Origin: Candidatus Nomurabacteria bacterium
GTDB taxonomy: Bacteria > Patescibacteriota > Patescibacteriia > HK-STAS-PATE-3
DNA length: 64,000 nucleotides
Assembly (NCBI GenBank): GCA_023898465.1
Contig: CP060223.1
Coordinates: 128,001-192,000, forward strand
Direction of reading: 5' to 3'
The notes under the pieces were generated by a model. It ran no database searches. It saw only the letters and a list, made by a program, of their open reading frames with translations, and had not been told where the DNA came from. Shown in pieces: positions 8,141 through 17,058 of this stretch. Numbering within the stretch: position 1 is the first letter of the stretch; each line of letters begins with the position of its first letter. Made by a program: the position numbers and the translations under genes.

Positions 8141-9181
8141 ATGTCACATTTTAGTCCGAGTCAGTATTTACAACATAGACTCGAAAGTTGTGGTCACTAC
8201 GAGTTGACCGCGTCAGACCATGTTCTACTCAAAGAAAAAGGCATGGAAGAGTTCTTGTACGCCAAGCTTACTTCCAAGAAATTTCGGAAGTGGAGAATTC
8301 AAGAAAGTTACCAAAAAGAGATTCGTGAACAGATTCGCTATTGTGTAGAAAAAAATATTCCAATAGAGCCAACTTGGTTTTTTGGTGGATATAAATTATG
8401 GAGCTTACCCGGCTCGCCTGAACCAAACTGGGCTGAGTTTTTTACTATCGCATATTTTCTACAATTTATTTCTCCAATCGCGGCGGCTTATTCTCCCGGT
8501 GTGACTTTCAAATTTTGGGTTGCTCATGCTTCAATTATGCTGCAGCAAAGCAATATACCCATTAAAGAGTGTATAAAATATAGAGAGGAATTTAATCGAT
8601 TGCTTTCCTTTTTTAGAAAGTACCTTCCCTCAAATATTGTTGTAGAGCTTCATGACTATTCTGAACTTTATCCAGATCAAAACGAATACGAGCAAGAATT
8701 AGAGCAATGTATCCTAAATACAGAAAGAAAATATCACGAAGAATGGACTGAGGATAGAAAAAGAATTAAGAGAACAACTTCAGAATTAAATATACAGTGG
8801 TCTGGAGCAGAGGATTGGACCAAGTTGGGTGAAAGTGAAAGAGAAGAAAAGATTTTTCGTGGACCATTGGTTCATGATGGGTATTGTGCTTTATCAAGAG
8901 TGAACGAAGCATTACGCGGGTCAGGTAAACTTGACTTGAGTGCTACGCCTTTGCCTTCAGGATCAATTCCAGTTGGCACAAGTGCAAGTTCCGTGACTAA
9001 ATTCTGGACCGGAGTTGGTGTGCTTGAAAAACATGATAGTCGCTATGTGGAGCGAATTTTATCCCCTCAGCAATGGAATGCTGTTCAGGGTCTATCTGTT
9101 CAAATTGAAGCAATCGATTGGCTGCCAATGAAAAACTTTCACGAGATCCAAGTGTATCCTGAGCTGAATTTTTCTCGCTAG
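8141..9181 (+). CDS. hypothetical protein, paralog B of tandem pair (unknown function)
   Basis: 346 aa. It is homologous along its whole length to 7035..8078, at roughly 45% aa identity by eye. Two tracts (about 32 nt and about 69 nt) are 100% nucleotide-identical to the paralog. Confidence 0.7.
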   Translation: MSHFSPSQYLQHRLESCGHYELTASDHVLLKEKGMEEFLYAKLTSKKFRKWRIQESYQKEIREQIRYCVEKNIPIEPTWFFGGYKLWSLPGSPEPNWAEFFTIAYFLQFISPIAAAYSPGVTFKFWVAHASIMLQQSNIPIKECIKYREEFNRLLSFFRKYLPSNIVVELHDYSELYPDQNEYEQELEQCILNTERKYHEEWTEDRKRIKRTTSELNIQWSGAEDWTKLGESEREEKIFRGPLVHDGYCALSRVNEALRGSGKLDLSATPLPSGSIPVGTSASSVTKFWTGVGVLEKHDSRYVERILSPQQWNAVQGLSVQIEAIDWLPMKNFHEIQVYPELNFSR

Positions 9182-9237
9182 ATAAGACTGGACAATTTTA
9201 TCCTCTCTACGTACTATGCAAGTAGTCCGTCTTCAGA

Positions 9238-9966
9238 ATGGCTGTACACAATATTAAGGGGCATAGCATGTTTTCTCGTAATATCTTGATCGCCCTTTCT
9301 CAACCTGAGGATGGGGACATGCGGGCGCAAGCGTCCGATGGAAACGGCCTAGAACGCCGTAGGATTTTTTTGGAGTCCGAGGGCTTTAGGTCTGATCAGG
9401 CTGTCTACGCTGGACTTGATCATGGCACGAATGTGATTGCAGTCCGCGGGACAGACGCTGGTCAAACTGTTCCAGACGTGGACGGTTTAGTAACGAACGA
9501 AGCAGGTCTAGTCCTGGGTCTGACCGTAGCTGATTGTTTGCCAGTTTATTTGTATGACCCAAGGACCGAGGCGATTGGACTCCTCCATGCCGGGTGGCGC
9601 GGCTTGGAGCAAGGTGTGCTGAGGCAGGGGATTGAACGAATGCAGCAAAGCTTCCGAGTGCACCCAGAGGATGTATTCGCAGCAATTGGTCCGAGTATCC
9701 GATCCTGCCACTATCAAGTAGGCGAGGAAGTGGCGAGACGATTTCGGGCACGCTATTCACTAGCTTTGGAACAGCGGGGACTCGAAACAAGACTGGATCT
9801 TACCAGGGTTGCTCGTATGCAGCTCGGTGAGGTAGGAGTCATTGCGCGTCACATCGAGGTTCATCCTCATTGCACCTACTGTCGGCCGGGTTTGTACTTT
9901 TCTCGTCGGAGGCAGGGCACAGGCTTTGGTCTGATGCTTGCTACAATCGCACGCTTACCAAGTTAG
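9238..9966 (+). CDS. pgeF: peptidoglycan editing factor PgeF / YfiH (Cu-oxidase_4, DUF152) family protein
   Basis: Motifs HGTNV...TNEAGLVLGLTVADCLPVYLYD...GLLHAGWRG are characteristic of YfiH/PgeF. The true start may be the internal Met at 9268 (MFSRNI...). Confidence 0.85.
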   Translation: MAVHNIKGHSMFSRNILIALSQPEDGDMRAQASDGNGLERRRIFLESEGFRSDQAVYAGLDHGTNVIAVRGTDAGQTVPDVDGLVTNEAGLVLGLTVADCLPVYLYDPRTEAIGLLHAGWRGLEQGVLRQGIERMQQSFRVHPEDVFAAIGPSIRSCHYQVGEEVARRFRARYSLALEQRGLETRLDLTRVARMQLGEVGVIARHIEVHPHCTYCRPGLYFSRRRQGTGFGLMLATIARLPS

Positions 9967-9980
9967 TCCACCTCAGGTAA

Positions 9981-10005
9981 AAGCAATCCTTCGGGATTGC
10001 TTTTC
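9981..10005 (+). terminator. Rho-independent terminator after pgeF
   Basis: Hairpin AGCAATCC-TTCG-GGATTGCT followed by TTTT. Confidence 0.6.
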
Positions 10006-10188
10006 GCTAATCCTAGCAGAATTTTTTTGGCGTCTTTTCCATTTTGCTCTTTTATTTTTGCACTCTCTTGACAAAGTTTCGTACCGTAGAGGGGCTGTGG
10101 ATGATTTTACCCCTATAAACATTGGCGGAAATTAACTTTTCGGTTATACTATCTCAAGAACTTTCGATAATTAATTTAAGGAGATGCT

Positions 10189-10470
10189 ATGGCAAAAATG
10201 ACCAAATCTCAACTCCTCACCATGTTGGCTGAAAAGAGCAACATGTCAAAGAAGGATGTTGGCGAGTTTCTCGACATGCTGGCCCAGATGGCCTATGACG
10301 AGACCAAGCGAAATGGCGAGTTTACCCTCCCAGGTCTTGGTAAGCTGGTGAAGAAGCACCGTGCTGCTCGTTCCGGTCGTAACCCTGCTACTGGCGAAAC
10401 GATCCAGATCCCGGCCAAGACCGTGGTGAAGTTCCGTGTTGCCAAGGCAGCCAAAGAAGCAATTCTGTAA
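10189..10470 (+). CDS. hup: DNA-binding protein HU
   Basis: 93 aa. Typical HU/IHF fold signature (GEFTLPGLGKL...RNPATGETIQIPAKTVVKFRVAKAAKE). AGGAG ribosome-binding site upstream. Confidence 0.9.
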   Translation: MAKMTKSQLLTMLAEKSNMSKKDVGEFLDMLAQMAYDETKRNGEFTLPGLGKLVKKHRAARSGRNPATGETIQIPAKTVVKFRVAKAAKEAIL

Positions 10471-10494
10471 TTTCAACAAGATAGTTTCTGATCA

Positions 10495-10520
10495 AGATCC
10501 CCGCGAGGGGATTTTGGTTA
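10495..10520 (+). terminator. Rho-independent terminator after hup
   Basis: GATCCCC-GCGA-GGGGATT followed by TTGGTT. Confidence 0.6.
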
Positions 10521-10532
10521 TGTAGAATAAAC

Positions 10533-10561
10533 TTGATACAAAGGAATTTTTGTGGTATACT
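10533..10561 (+). promoter_or_regulatory. sigma70-like promoter (TTGATA-17-TATACT) upstream of 10660 gene
   Basis: -35 TTGATA (10533..10538), 17 nt spacer, -10 TATACT (10556..10561). It lies about 100 nt upstream of the start codon. Confidence 0.5.
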
Positions 10562-10659
10562 TTATGTGAAATAAAAATATGCGGGGGATTTGCAGCTAAC
10601 AATCAAAACTTCCGAACTCACCAAATGGTGGGGTTTTCGTTCTGTGATAGTAATTTTTT

Positions 10660-12894
10660 ATGCCAAATAAATCATTAAAAAAATCTATGCCAAGTACAAA
10701 AGGATCACGCACGGAGGAGGTTGGAGTAAAGACTCGCACTCGAGTTGATACCGCATTTGGTTTGTTGTTGATAGGTGGAGCACTTAGCGTTGGTATGTTT
10801 GCCTTTTTCTTCTTTAGCCAGGGATTCTCAAAGGAAGCTACTTCATTTGGCAATAAGGTGAACGAGCAACATCGCGCATCAAGCCTTTGGCCACATGTGA
10901 GAACGGCGATTCACTTCAATCATCGGCCTGTAAATAGCACAACAGAGGCAAATTTCTTAGCCACGCACTTTGACTATTATGTTGGTCAAGTCGGTACTTA
11001 TGCAAATTATTTACGTCAGGTTAATCCAAACATCAATCTGGCCTTTATGCGCAGCGTACGAGCTATTAACAGCGTGCCGGAATTAGAAACTTGGCTGGCA
11101 GATCATCCTGAATATGATGAGGAAGAATTTTTCTTGCACTACACCCAAGATACCTTGGTTGGACCTAGTGGAAATCAGATTCTCGTAAAGGGTTGGCGAG
11201 AGGAGTGCTCACCAAATTGTGAGCCAGCCGCAACGGCAACTACACGTGAAGAGAGTCGAGTGCCAGATTCTGGTGAGTTTGCCCGGGGTTGGTATGTGCC
11301 AAATCCAAACTATGAAGGTCTGCCTGTTTTTCAAGCTGACATGCTTGCTTTGCGACAAAGTTGGTACGGAATTGATGGCACTTTCTTTGATTGGTGTGCT
11401 GGAGCATCTGTACAAAGCGAGAATCACCTGAGTCGCACTGCTGAGTATGCCGACATAGATGATTCAGATAATTTTCGCCATCCTTTTGTAGGTGATTCAA
11501 TCGCTATCATGGATAAGGTTTTGGATCGCTATAACGAGGAATATGCCGATCAGTATGGATCAATTGATTGGATTCCTTGTAACACGGTAGCTGGATATTG
11601 GACCTATGATCACGGCAACATTGAAAACAATGACTACCGAGACGCTTTACTTGCCAGCGAGTCAAACAGCGAGTTTTTCTGGGAAGTGTGGATGCAATAT
11701 AATGATACTTATCCACTTACCTCAGGGCCAAGTCGAGATGTGCATTTGAAGTATCTCAAAGATACCATTGCGCTATCAAACCAGAAACAAACTGGACTCG
11801 AATTGGTTGCCCTGGGTGATCAGGCTAGCGATCGAACAAACACCTTCTTACTCGGCTTAGCGTATCTCGTCCAAACACCTGATCGCTCGGTAGTGTCATA
11901 TCGACTTGATGTGCCAGCTCATAATTCAGATGAGCATCTACAAAATTGGGCCTGGTTACCACAGTTAGCTTACGACATTGGCCAACCTGCTCAGAACCCA
12001 GCTGGTATTCGAGATGTCTTTGGCAATCAAAACACCAGTGAATTCTATGAATGGGCGACCGGAGCTGATCCGGGAAATTCAGGACATACCTATTCGATTT
12101 ATGCTCGACAATACGAGAATGCATTGGTGCTTACCAAAATGCGTCAGGCTCGTGAGGATGCTTGGGGAGATGCAACCGCGACCACGCATGAGCTTGATCA
12201 GCCATATCGAGTCTTACGGGCAGATGGAAGTGTAGGAGATGAAGTGAGTCAAGTTACTTTGCGTGATAACGAAGCAGTTATCCTCATTCGTACAGAAGCT
12301 CCATTAATCCAAAATGTGCAGACCGACCGTGTCTGGAGCACCCGAGCTTTAATTAGCGCTAAGGTGCAGGACGCACAATCAGTTGTTGTGCAGTACGGTA
12401 AGACCACCCAGTATGGCAATGAACTGGTTTTGAAGCGCTCACGGGTTGATGGTACTTACTCCGTCAATATTAATCGCCTCACTCAAGGCACGCTCTATCA
12501 CTATCGAATAAAGGCAACGGGTCAAAACGGCGCGACAGTGTATTCAAACGATTACAACTTCCGCACGCTGCAGAATTCCTTATCTTTGAAAGATGTTATT
12601 CATGTTTTACGAGATGATGGGACCATCGATGTCACCGTGGAATCGCCAAATGCGGATTTAGTCCAGCTGACGTATAACTCAAAGAAAACACCAAACGTTA
12701 CTGTTACCCTTGAGGAAGCGAGTGAGGGCGTCTTCACCACAACACTTTCTGGATTATTGCCTAATGAGCAATATACCTACAAGGTGCTCACACAACAGGG
12801 AAAAACAAAAGCGTATGCCTCGGGCAGTTTTACCCCTCGGAAGATAGATGAAGATATGTTCCCCAGCATCACACGCACGACAGTAGAAGAATAA
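10660..12894 (+). CDS. secreted/anchored hypothetical protein with C-terminal fibronectin type III-like repeats
   Basis: 744 aa. The N-terminal hydrophobic segment is LLLIGGALSVGMFAFFFF. The central domain is unassigned and could be glycosidase-like (speculative). The C-terminus has beta-sandwich Fn3-like repeats (GTLYHYRIKATGQNGATVYSNDYNFRT; NEQYTYKVLTQQGKT). Confidence 0.75.
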   Translation: MPNKSLKKSMPSTKGSRTEEVGVKTRTRVDTAFGLLLIGGALSVGMFAFFFFSQGFSKEATSFGNKVNEQHRASSLWPHVRTAIHFNHRPVNSTTEANFLATHFDYYVGQVGTYANYLRQVNPNINLAFMRSVRAINSVPELETWLADHPEYDEEEFFLHYTQDTLVGPSGNQILVKGWREECSPNCEPAATATTREESRVPDSGEFARGWYVPNPNYEGLPVFQADMLALRQSWYGIDGTFFDWCAGASVQSENHLSRTAEYADIDDSDNFRHPFVGDSIAIMDKVLDRYNEEYADQYGSIDWIPCNTVAGYWTYDHGNIENNDYRDALLASESNSEFFWEVWMQYNDTYPLTSGPSRDVHLKYLKDTIALSNQKQTGLELVALGDQASDRTNTFLLGLAYLVQTPDRSVVSYRLDVPAHNSDEHLQNWAWLPQLAYDIGQPAQNPAGIRDVFGNQNTSEFYEWATGADPGNSGHTYSIYARQYENALVLTKMRQAREDAWGDATATTHELDQPYRVLRADGSVGDEVSQVTLRDNEAVILIRTEAPLIQNVQTDRVWSTRALISAKVQDAQSVVVQYGKTTQYGNELVLKRSRVDGTYSVNINRLTQGTLYHYRIKATGQNGATVYSNDYNFRTLQNSLSLKDVIHVLRDDGTIDVTVESPNADLVQLTYNSKKTPNVTVTLEEASEGVFTTTLSGLLPNEQYTYKVLTQQGKTKAYASGSFTPRKIDEDMFPSITRTTVEE

Positions 12895-12905
12895 GCTAAT
12901 CAAAA

Positions 12906-12935
12906 AAACGCCTCGGTCATCCGGGGCGTTTTTCG
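12906..12935. terminator. bidirectional Rho-independent terminator between convergent genes
   Basis: AAAAAAACGCCTCGG-TCAT-CCGGGGCGTTTTT, with an A-run on one side and a T-run on the other. Confidence 0.6.
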
Positions 12936-12937
12936 TA

Positions 12938-13465
12938 TCAAACTTTGGGAAGAATGCGTAGAGCGAGTAATACTAAACCTAGACTCAGACTTACAAAAAG
13001 CAATTGATCAATGAACCCACCAGTACGAATCCGCAGCATTTTTGGTGGACGCACCCGTAACTTCCATGGATAAAAAAGTGGAATGCCTGATGGCGTAACT
13101 CCATCAAGAAGTAGGTGGCTTGCATATCCTATGGCAACCGCAATGATGATAGCAATGGGTGGCTGCCAGAGGCTTGTCAGCGCGATAACTATGCCGAGGG
13201 CGAGAAGTGAATGCAGTAGGCCACGATGACCAAAAAGCGCATGGAGGAGCATTCCAAGAGGTCGCAAAAGTGGCAGACGTGGTCCTCGTCGACCAAGCTG
13301 AATACTGCTTTGTTGGAGCATTGAATTCGAGGCATCGAGATCAGGCAGGAGTGCGGCCACCCCTCCTATCAGCGTAATGAGAGCGACCTCCTGGCCAGGA
13401 AGGCTTGCAGCAAAAGTCCAGGCCGCTGCATTCGCGCCAGCTAAGAAGTGCGTTTTACCGGTCAT
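12938..13465 (-). CDS. membrane-bound metal-dependent hydrolase-like protein (DUF457/YdjM-like)
   Basis: 175 aa polytopic membrane protein. The N-terminus MTGKTHFLAGANAAAW and LPDLDA resemble the LexA-regulated YdjM family. Confidence 0.55.
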   Translation of the reverse strand: MTGKTHFLAGANAAAWTFAASLPGQEVALITLIGGVAALLPDLDASNSMLQQSSIQLGRRGPRLPLLRPLGMLLHALFGHRGLLHSLLALGIVIALTSLWQPPIAIIIAVAIGYASHLLLDGVTPSGIPLFYPWKLRVRPPKMLRIRTGGFIDQLLFVSLSLGLVLLALRILPKV

Positions 13466-13467
13466 AC

Positions 13468-14412
13468 TTATTCGTGAGAAAGATTGTTGAGGTAACTCAC
13501 GGCTGAGAGGGCGGCGGCAACTCCTTGACCAACTGCCACGCCGATTTGCTTGTACGGAGTATTTGTTACATCACCAGCAGCAAAAATGCCAGGCACGCTT
13601 GTTTTCGCAGCCATGTCGGTGATAATCTCTCCGGCCTTATTTTTCTCAATATCCTGGATAAAGTCAGCATTAGGAATAGTGCCGATGTGAATAAAGACGC
13701 CATCAGCCTCAACGGTTTTTTCCTCACCACTTGCACTGTCTGTATAGCGTACACTTTTTACCTGAGCGTCACCTTCAATTGCCTGAGTAAGTGCGTTATA
13801 GCGAATATCTACATTTTGACATTTACTAAGCTTATCAATGAGGACTTGCTCACCTTTAAAGTGGTCGTTCTTATTAATAACAGTAACCTGACTGGCTAGT
13901 TCGCTCATCATCAGTCCTGACTCAAGGGCTGAGTTGCCGCCGCCAATAGTTACGACGCGCTTACCTTTAAACAGTGGGCCATCGCAGGTGGTGCAATAGG
14001 TTACCCCTTTGCCGCGCAGTTCAGTTTCACCTGCCACACCGAGATGCCGTGGATGAGCTCCTGTGGCAATAATAATTGCTTTGACTTGCCACTGAGCTGG
14101 GCCCTGTAGAGTGTCTGCTTCAACTAGGAATCCTTTATCCTGTTTTTGGATGGATTTCACTGTCACGCCTTCTTGTACAGGAATATTGTTATGCTGCAGC
14201 TGTTTACGAAATTGTTCAGTCAGAGTGAATCCGTCTGTCGAAGGGAATCCGGTATAGTTTTCAATCTCGCCACTAGTAAAAACCTCACCGCCAATATCCA
14301 AACTGACATGAGTGAATTTTAGAGAACGTCGAGCAGCATAGACTGCCGCGGTCACGCCGGCGGCTGATCCGCCAATAATCAAAAGGTCGCTTTGGGTTGG
14401 GGTTGAGCTCAT
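13468..14412 (-). CDS. trxB: thioredoxin-disulfide reductase
   Basis: FAD-binding motif DLLIIGGSAAGVTAAVYAARR. Redox-active CTTCDG (CxxC). NAD(P)-binding motif VVTIGGGNSALE. Length 314 aa. Confidence 0.9.
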   Translation of the reverse strand: MSSTPTQSDLLIIGGSAAGVTAAVYAARRSLKFTHVSLDIGGEVFTSGEIENYTGFPSTDGFTLTEQFRKQLQHNNIPVQEGVTVKSIQKQDKGFLVEADTLQGPAQWQVKAIIIATGAHPRHLGVAGETELRGKGVTYCTTCDGPLFKGKRVVTIGGGNSALESGLMMSELASQVTVINKNDHFKGEQVLIDKLSKCQNVDIRYNALTQAIEGDAQVKSVRYTDSASGEEKTVEADGVFIHIGTIPNADFIQDIEKNKAGEIITDMAAKTSVPGIFAAGDVTNTPYKQIGVAVGQGVAAALSAVSYLNNLSHE

Positions 14413-14558
14413 ACAGGGTAAAACTAAGGAATGAAGCAGTAGGAGTATAGCAGATACTTCCCACCTAATCGAGCGAAAGCAGCACTTTCACTAGTAAAGT
14501 AAGGCTTTTTCTGCTATACTACTTATATCAATCATTGATTTTAAAGGTAAGGAACGAT

Positions 14559-14918
14559 ATGGACAGCGCAACTCTTGAACAAATCAAAGCCAAATTATTG
14601 CAACAAAAGGAGCAGCTACAATCTGAGTTACAGCGAGAATCTTCGCCAACTCCGGATGAGGTAGATGGTCGCACCGCATCTTTCCCTGACTATGGCGATC
14701 ATGATGATGAAAACGCCTCTGAGGTAGCAGATTATGCGACCAATATGCAGGTGGAGGAAAACCGGGAGGAATTGCTTGCTTCGATAGAAAAAAGCTTGAC
14801 CGAAATTGAGCAGGGTAGCTATGGGAAGTGTCAGAGCTGCGGCAAAGAAATTGCAGCTGAACGGCTCTTAGCAAATCCAACCGCGCAAACGTGTCTGAGC
14901 TGCGCCAATCAAGCTTAA
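14559..14918 (+). CDS. DksA/TraR family C4-type zinc finger protein
   Basis: C-terminal CQSCGKEI...AQTCLSCA four-cysteine motif typical of DksA/TraR. Start moved to the ATG at 14559, which has an AAGGTAAGGA ribosome-binding site. Confidence 0.7.
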   Translation: MDSATLEQIKAKLLQQKEQLQSELQRESSPTPDEVDGRTASFPDYGDHDDENASEVADYATNMQVEENREELLASIEKSLTEIEQGSYGKCQSCGKEIAAERLLANPTAQTCLSCANQA

Positions 14919-15376
14919 GTCTCTTTAGCAGCACACATCGGTTTAGCATAGTACTAGGCCTTTGCCTTTTGGTGCTTGATCGTTTTTTTAAAGCCCTAGT
15001 GCTGCATGGGTTTACTTGGCCAAACCCTGATGCTTGGTTAAGTATTGGATATTATCCAAATCCAAATTTTTTTGCAGATACTAATTTAGCTTACCCGCTC
15101 ATCATTGGTATTACCACAGTTGTTCTCTTGTTCGTCATTGGACTATTTGTGTATGGCATACGCTATCGTTATCCAGGGATTGTGGCAGCTGGTGTGTGGA
15201 TTATTCTGGGAGGAATGAGCAATTTTTGGGATCGACTCAAGTATCAGCACGTGCTTGATTATGTTGGTGTCGCACATTGGCCGGTATTTAACATTGCCGA
15301 TATCCTTATTTTTATCGGCGTGATTTGGTATGGTGTGATTATCCTACGTAGTTGGAAAAGTCAGGGGATGCGTTGA
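14891..15376 (+). CDS. lspA: lipoprotein signal peptidase II
   Basis: 161 aa with four TM segments and the conserved NxWD and FNxAD motifs (SNFWDRL; VFNIADILIF). Apparent GTG start. Overlaps the upstream gene by 28 nt. Confidence 0.85.
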   Translation: MSELRQSSLSLFSSTHRFSIVLGLCLLVLDRFFKALVLHGFTWPNPDAWLSIGYYPNPNFFADTNLAYPLIIGITTVVLLFVIGLFVYGIRYRYPGIVAAGVWIILGGMSNFWDRLKYQHVLDYVGVAHWPVFNIADILIFIGVIWYGVIILRSWKSQGMR

Positions 15377-15442
15377 CATCCTCGCCAAGTTAAGGTTAAT
15401 GTATAGACAGACAAGACGGTGGCGCAAAAAGGCCATCGTATT

Positions 15443-16957
15443 ATGTTTCAGAGGATTCGTAGCGCCGCGGTCTATGGTTTAGACGCAGAGTTGGTTGAGG
15501 TAGAAGCGTATATTGCGGCAGGGTTGCCGAAATTTTTAGTTGTGGGCTTGCCTGATGCCGCGGTGCAGGAAGCTCGTGAGCGAGTCCGATCAGCAATACT
15601 GAGCTCGGGTTTTGATTTTCCCAATCATCATGTGATTGTGAATTTGGCGCCGGCTGATATGCGTAAGGCAGGACCGGCCTATGATTTACCGATTGCTCTG
15701 GCTATTCTCTTAGCCTCAGGTCAGATTCCAGCACCTGAGGGTGAGTTGTGCTTTATAGGTGAGCTTGCGCTGGATGGTAGTCTCCGCTCAGTACGAGGCG
15801 CTTTACCGATTGCTGAACATATATCTCGCTCAGGTATTCGTGAATTGTTTTTACCAGCTTGTAATGCCCGAGAGGCATCAATCATCTCCGGTTTTGCTAT
15901 CCGGCCGGTTACAACACTTCAAGACATTGTCGCACATATTCGTGGACAAAAAGAGCTTCCGGTACTACGCGAGCATCTCGACTTTGCTCAGATTCGGAGT
16001 GAAGAAAGTTTCCCAGTTGACTTTAGTGAAATACGCGGTCAGCAATTTGGTAAACGAGCCCTAGAGGTCGCGGCAGCCGGCGGCCACAATGTGCTCTTCA
16101 CCGGTCCACCAGGGTCTGGAAAAACTATGTTGGCCCGCGCTTTACCGAGCATCCTCCCGCCCTTAGAATTTACCGAAGCACTGGAAGTAACCAAGCTCTA
16201 TAGCGTTGCCGGATTACTCGACGAAAAAGAGCCGCTCAAAATTACCCGGCCATTTCGCCAACCGCATCATACGGCTTCCTCAGCAGCAATTGTAGGTGGA
16301 GGGAGGATTCCTAAGCCCGGTGAGATTTCCTTAGCGCATCGGGGAGTGTTATTTCTTGACGAGTTGCCTGAATTTCCTCGACCCGTTTTAGAAACTTTGC
16401 GACAGCCCCTAGAAGAAGGTCGAGTTACTATTGCACGTGTTTCAGCGACCTTACAATATCCAGCTGCACATATCTTCTTAGCAGCTCGTAATCCTTGTCC
16501 CTGCGGTTTTGCCGGTGATCCTGAGCGTGCGTGTACTTGTCATCCTAGTGCTCGTGTACGATATGCCAAGAGAATTTCCGGCCCATTACTCGATAGGATA
16601 GATTTGCACGTGACTATTCCCCGCTTACCAGTTGAGGAGCTTCTCCACACTGAAAAAGGTGAGTCATCGTCAATTATTCGTTCGAGGGTAATAAATGCCC
16701 GGAAACGGCAGCTTCATCGGGCTGCGCGCACGCAGGTACAAACAAACAGTGAGCTTCGAAACCGACAGCTAGAAAAGCTCGTGCAGGTAGATGCAGATGC
16801 TCGCGCTTTACTTGAAACGGCGGTACAGCGTTTCCAACTATCAGCTCGGGCTTATTACCGCCTCTTAAAAGTAGCACTCACCATTGCAGATTTAGCCAGC
16901 AGTGATGAAATAAAAAGTGAACACGTAGCAGAAGCGGTGCAATATAGAGGAAATTAA
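15443..16957 (+). CDS. comM: YifB/ComM family Mg-chelatase-like AAA+ ATPase
   Basis: N-terminal Lon-protease-like ChlI domain (MFQRIRSAAVYGLDAELVEVEAYIAAGLPKFLVVGLPDAAVQEARERV). Walker A GPPGSGKTMLA. Walker B/arginine finger VLFLDELPEF. ATG at 15443 matches the family N-terminus. Confidence 0.9.
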   Translation: MFQRIRSAAVYGLDAELVEVEAYIAAGLPKFLVVGLPDAAVQEARERVRSAILSSGFDFPNHHVIVNLAPADMRKAGPAYDLPIALAILLASGQIPAPEGELCFIGELALDGSLRSVRGALPIAEHISRSGIRELFLPACNAREASIISGFAIRPVTTLQDIVAHIRGQKELPVLREHLDFAQIRSEESFPVDFSEIRGQQFGKRALEVAAAGGHNVLFTGPPGSGKTMLARALPSILPPLEFTEALEVTKLYSVAGLLDEKEPLKITRPFRQPHHTASSAAIVGGGRIPKPGEISLAHRGVLFLDELPEFPRPVLETLRQPLEEGRVTIARVSATLQYPAAHIFLAARNPCPCGFAGDPERACTCHPSARVRYAKRISGPLLDRIDLHVTIPRLPVEELLHTEKGESSSIIRSRVINARKRQLHRAARTQVQTNSELRNRQLEKLVQVDADARALLETAVQRFQLSARAYYRLLKVALTIADLASSDEIKSEHVAEAVQYRGN

Positions 16958-17058
16958 ATGAGAAATAAGAATTTACAAATGCGAAACAAGCACTAATGAC
17001 ACAATCACTAAATTCAAAACTCCTATTTGTTTAGGAATTCGATTTTCTTATTTAGAGC

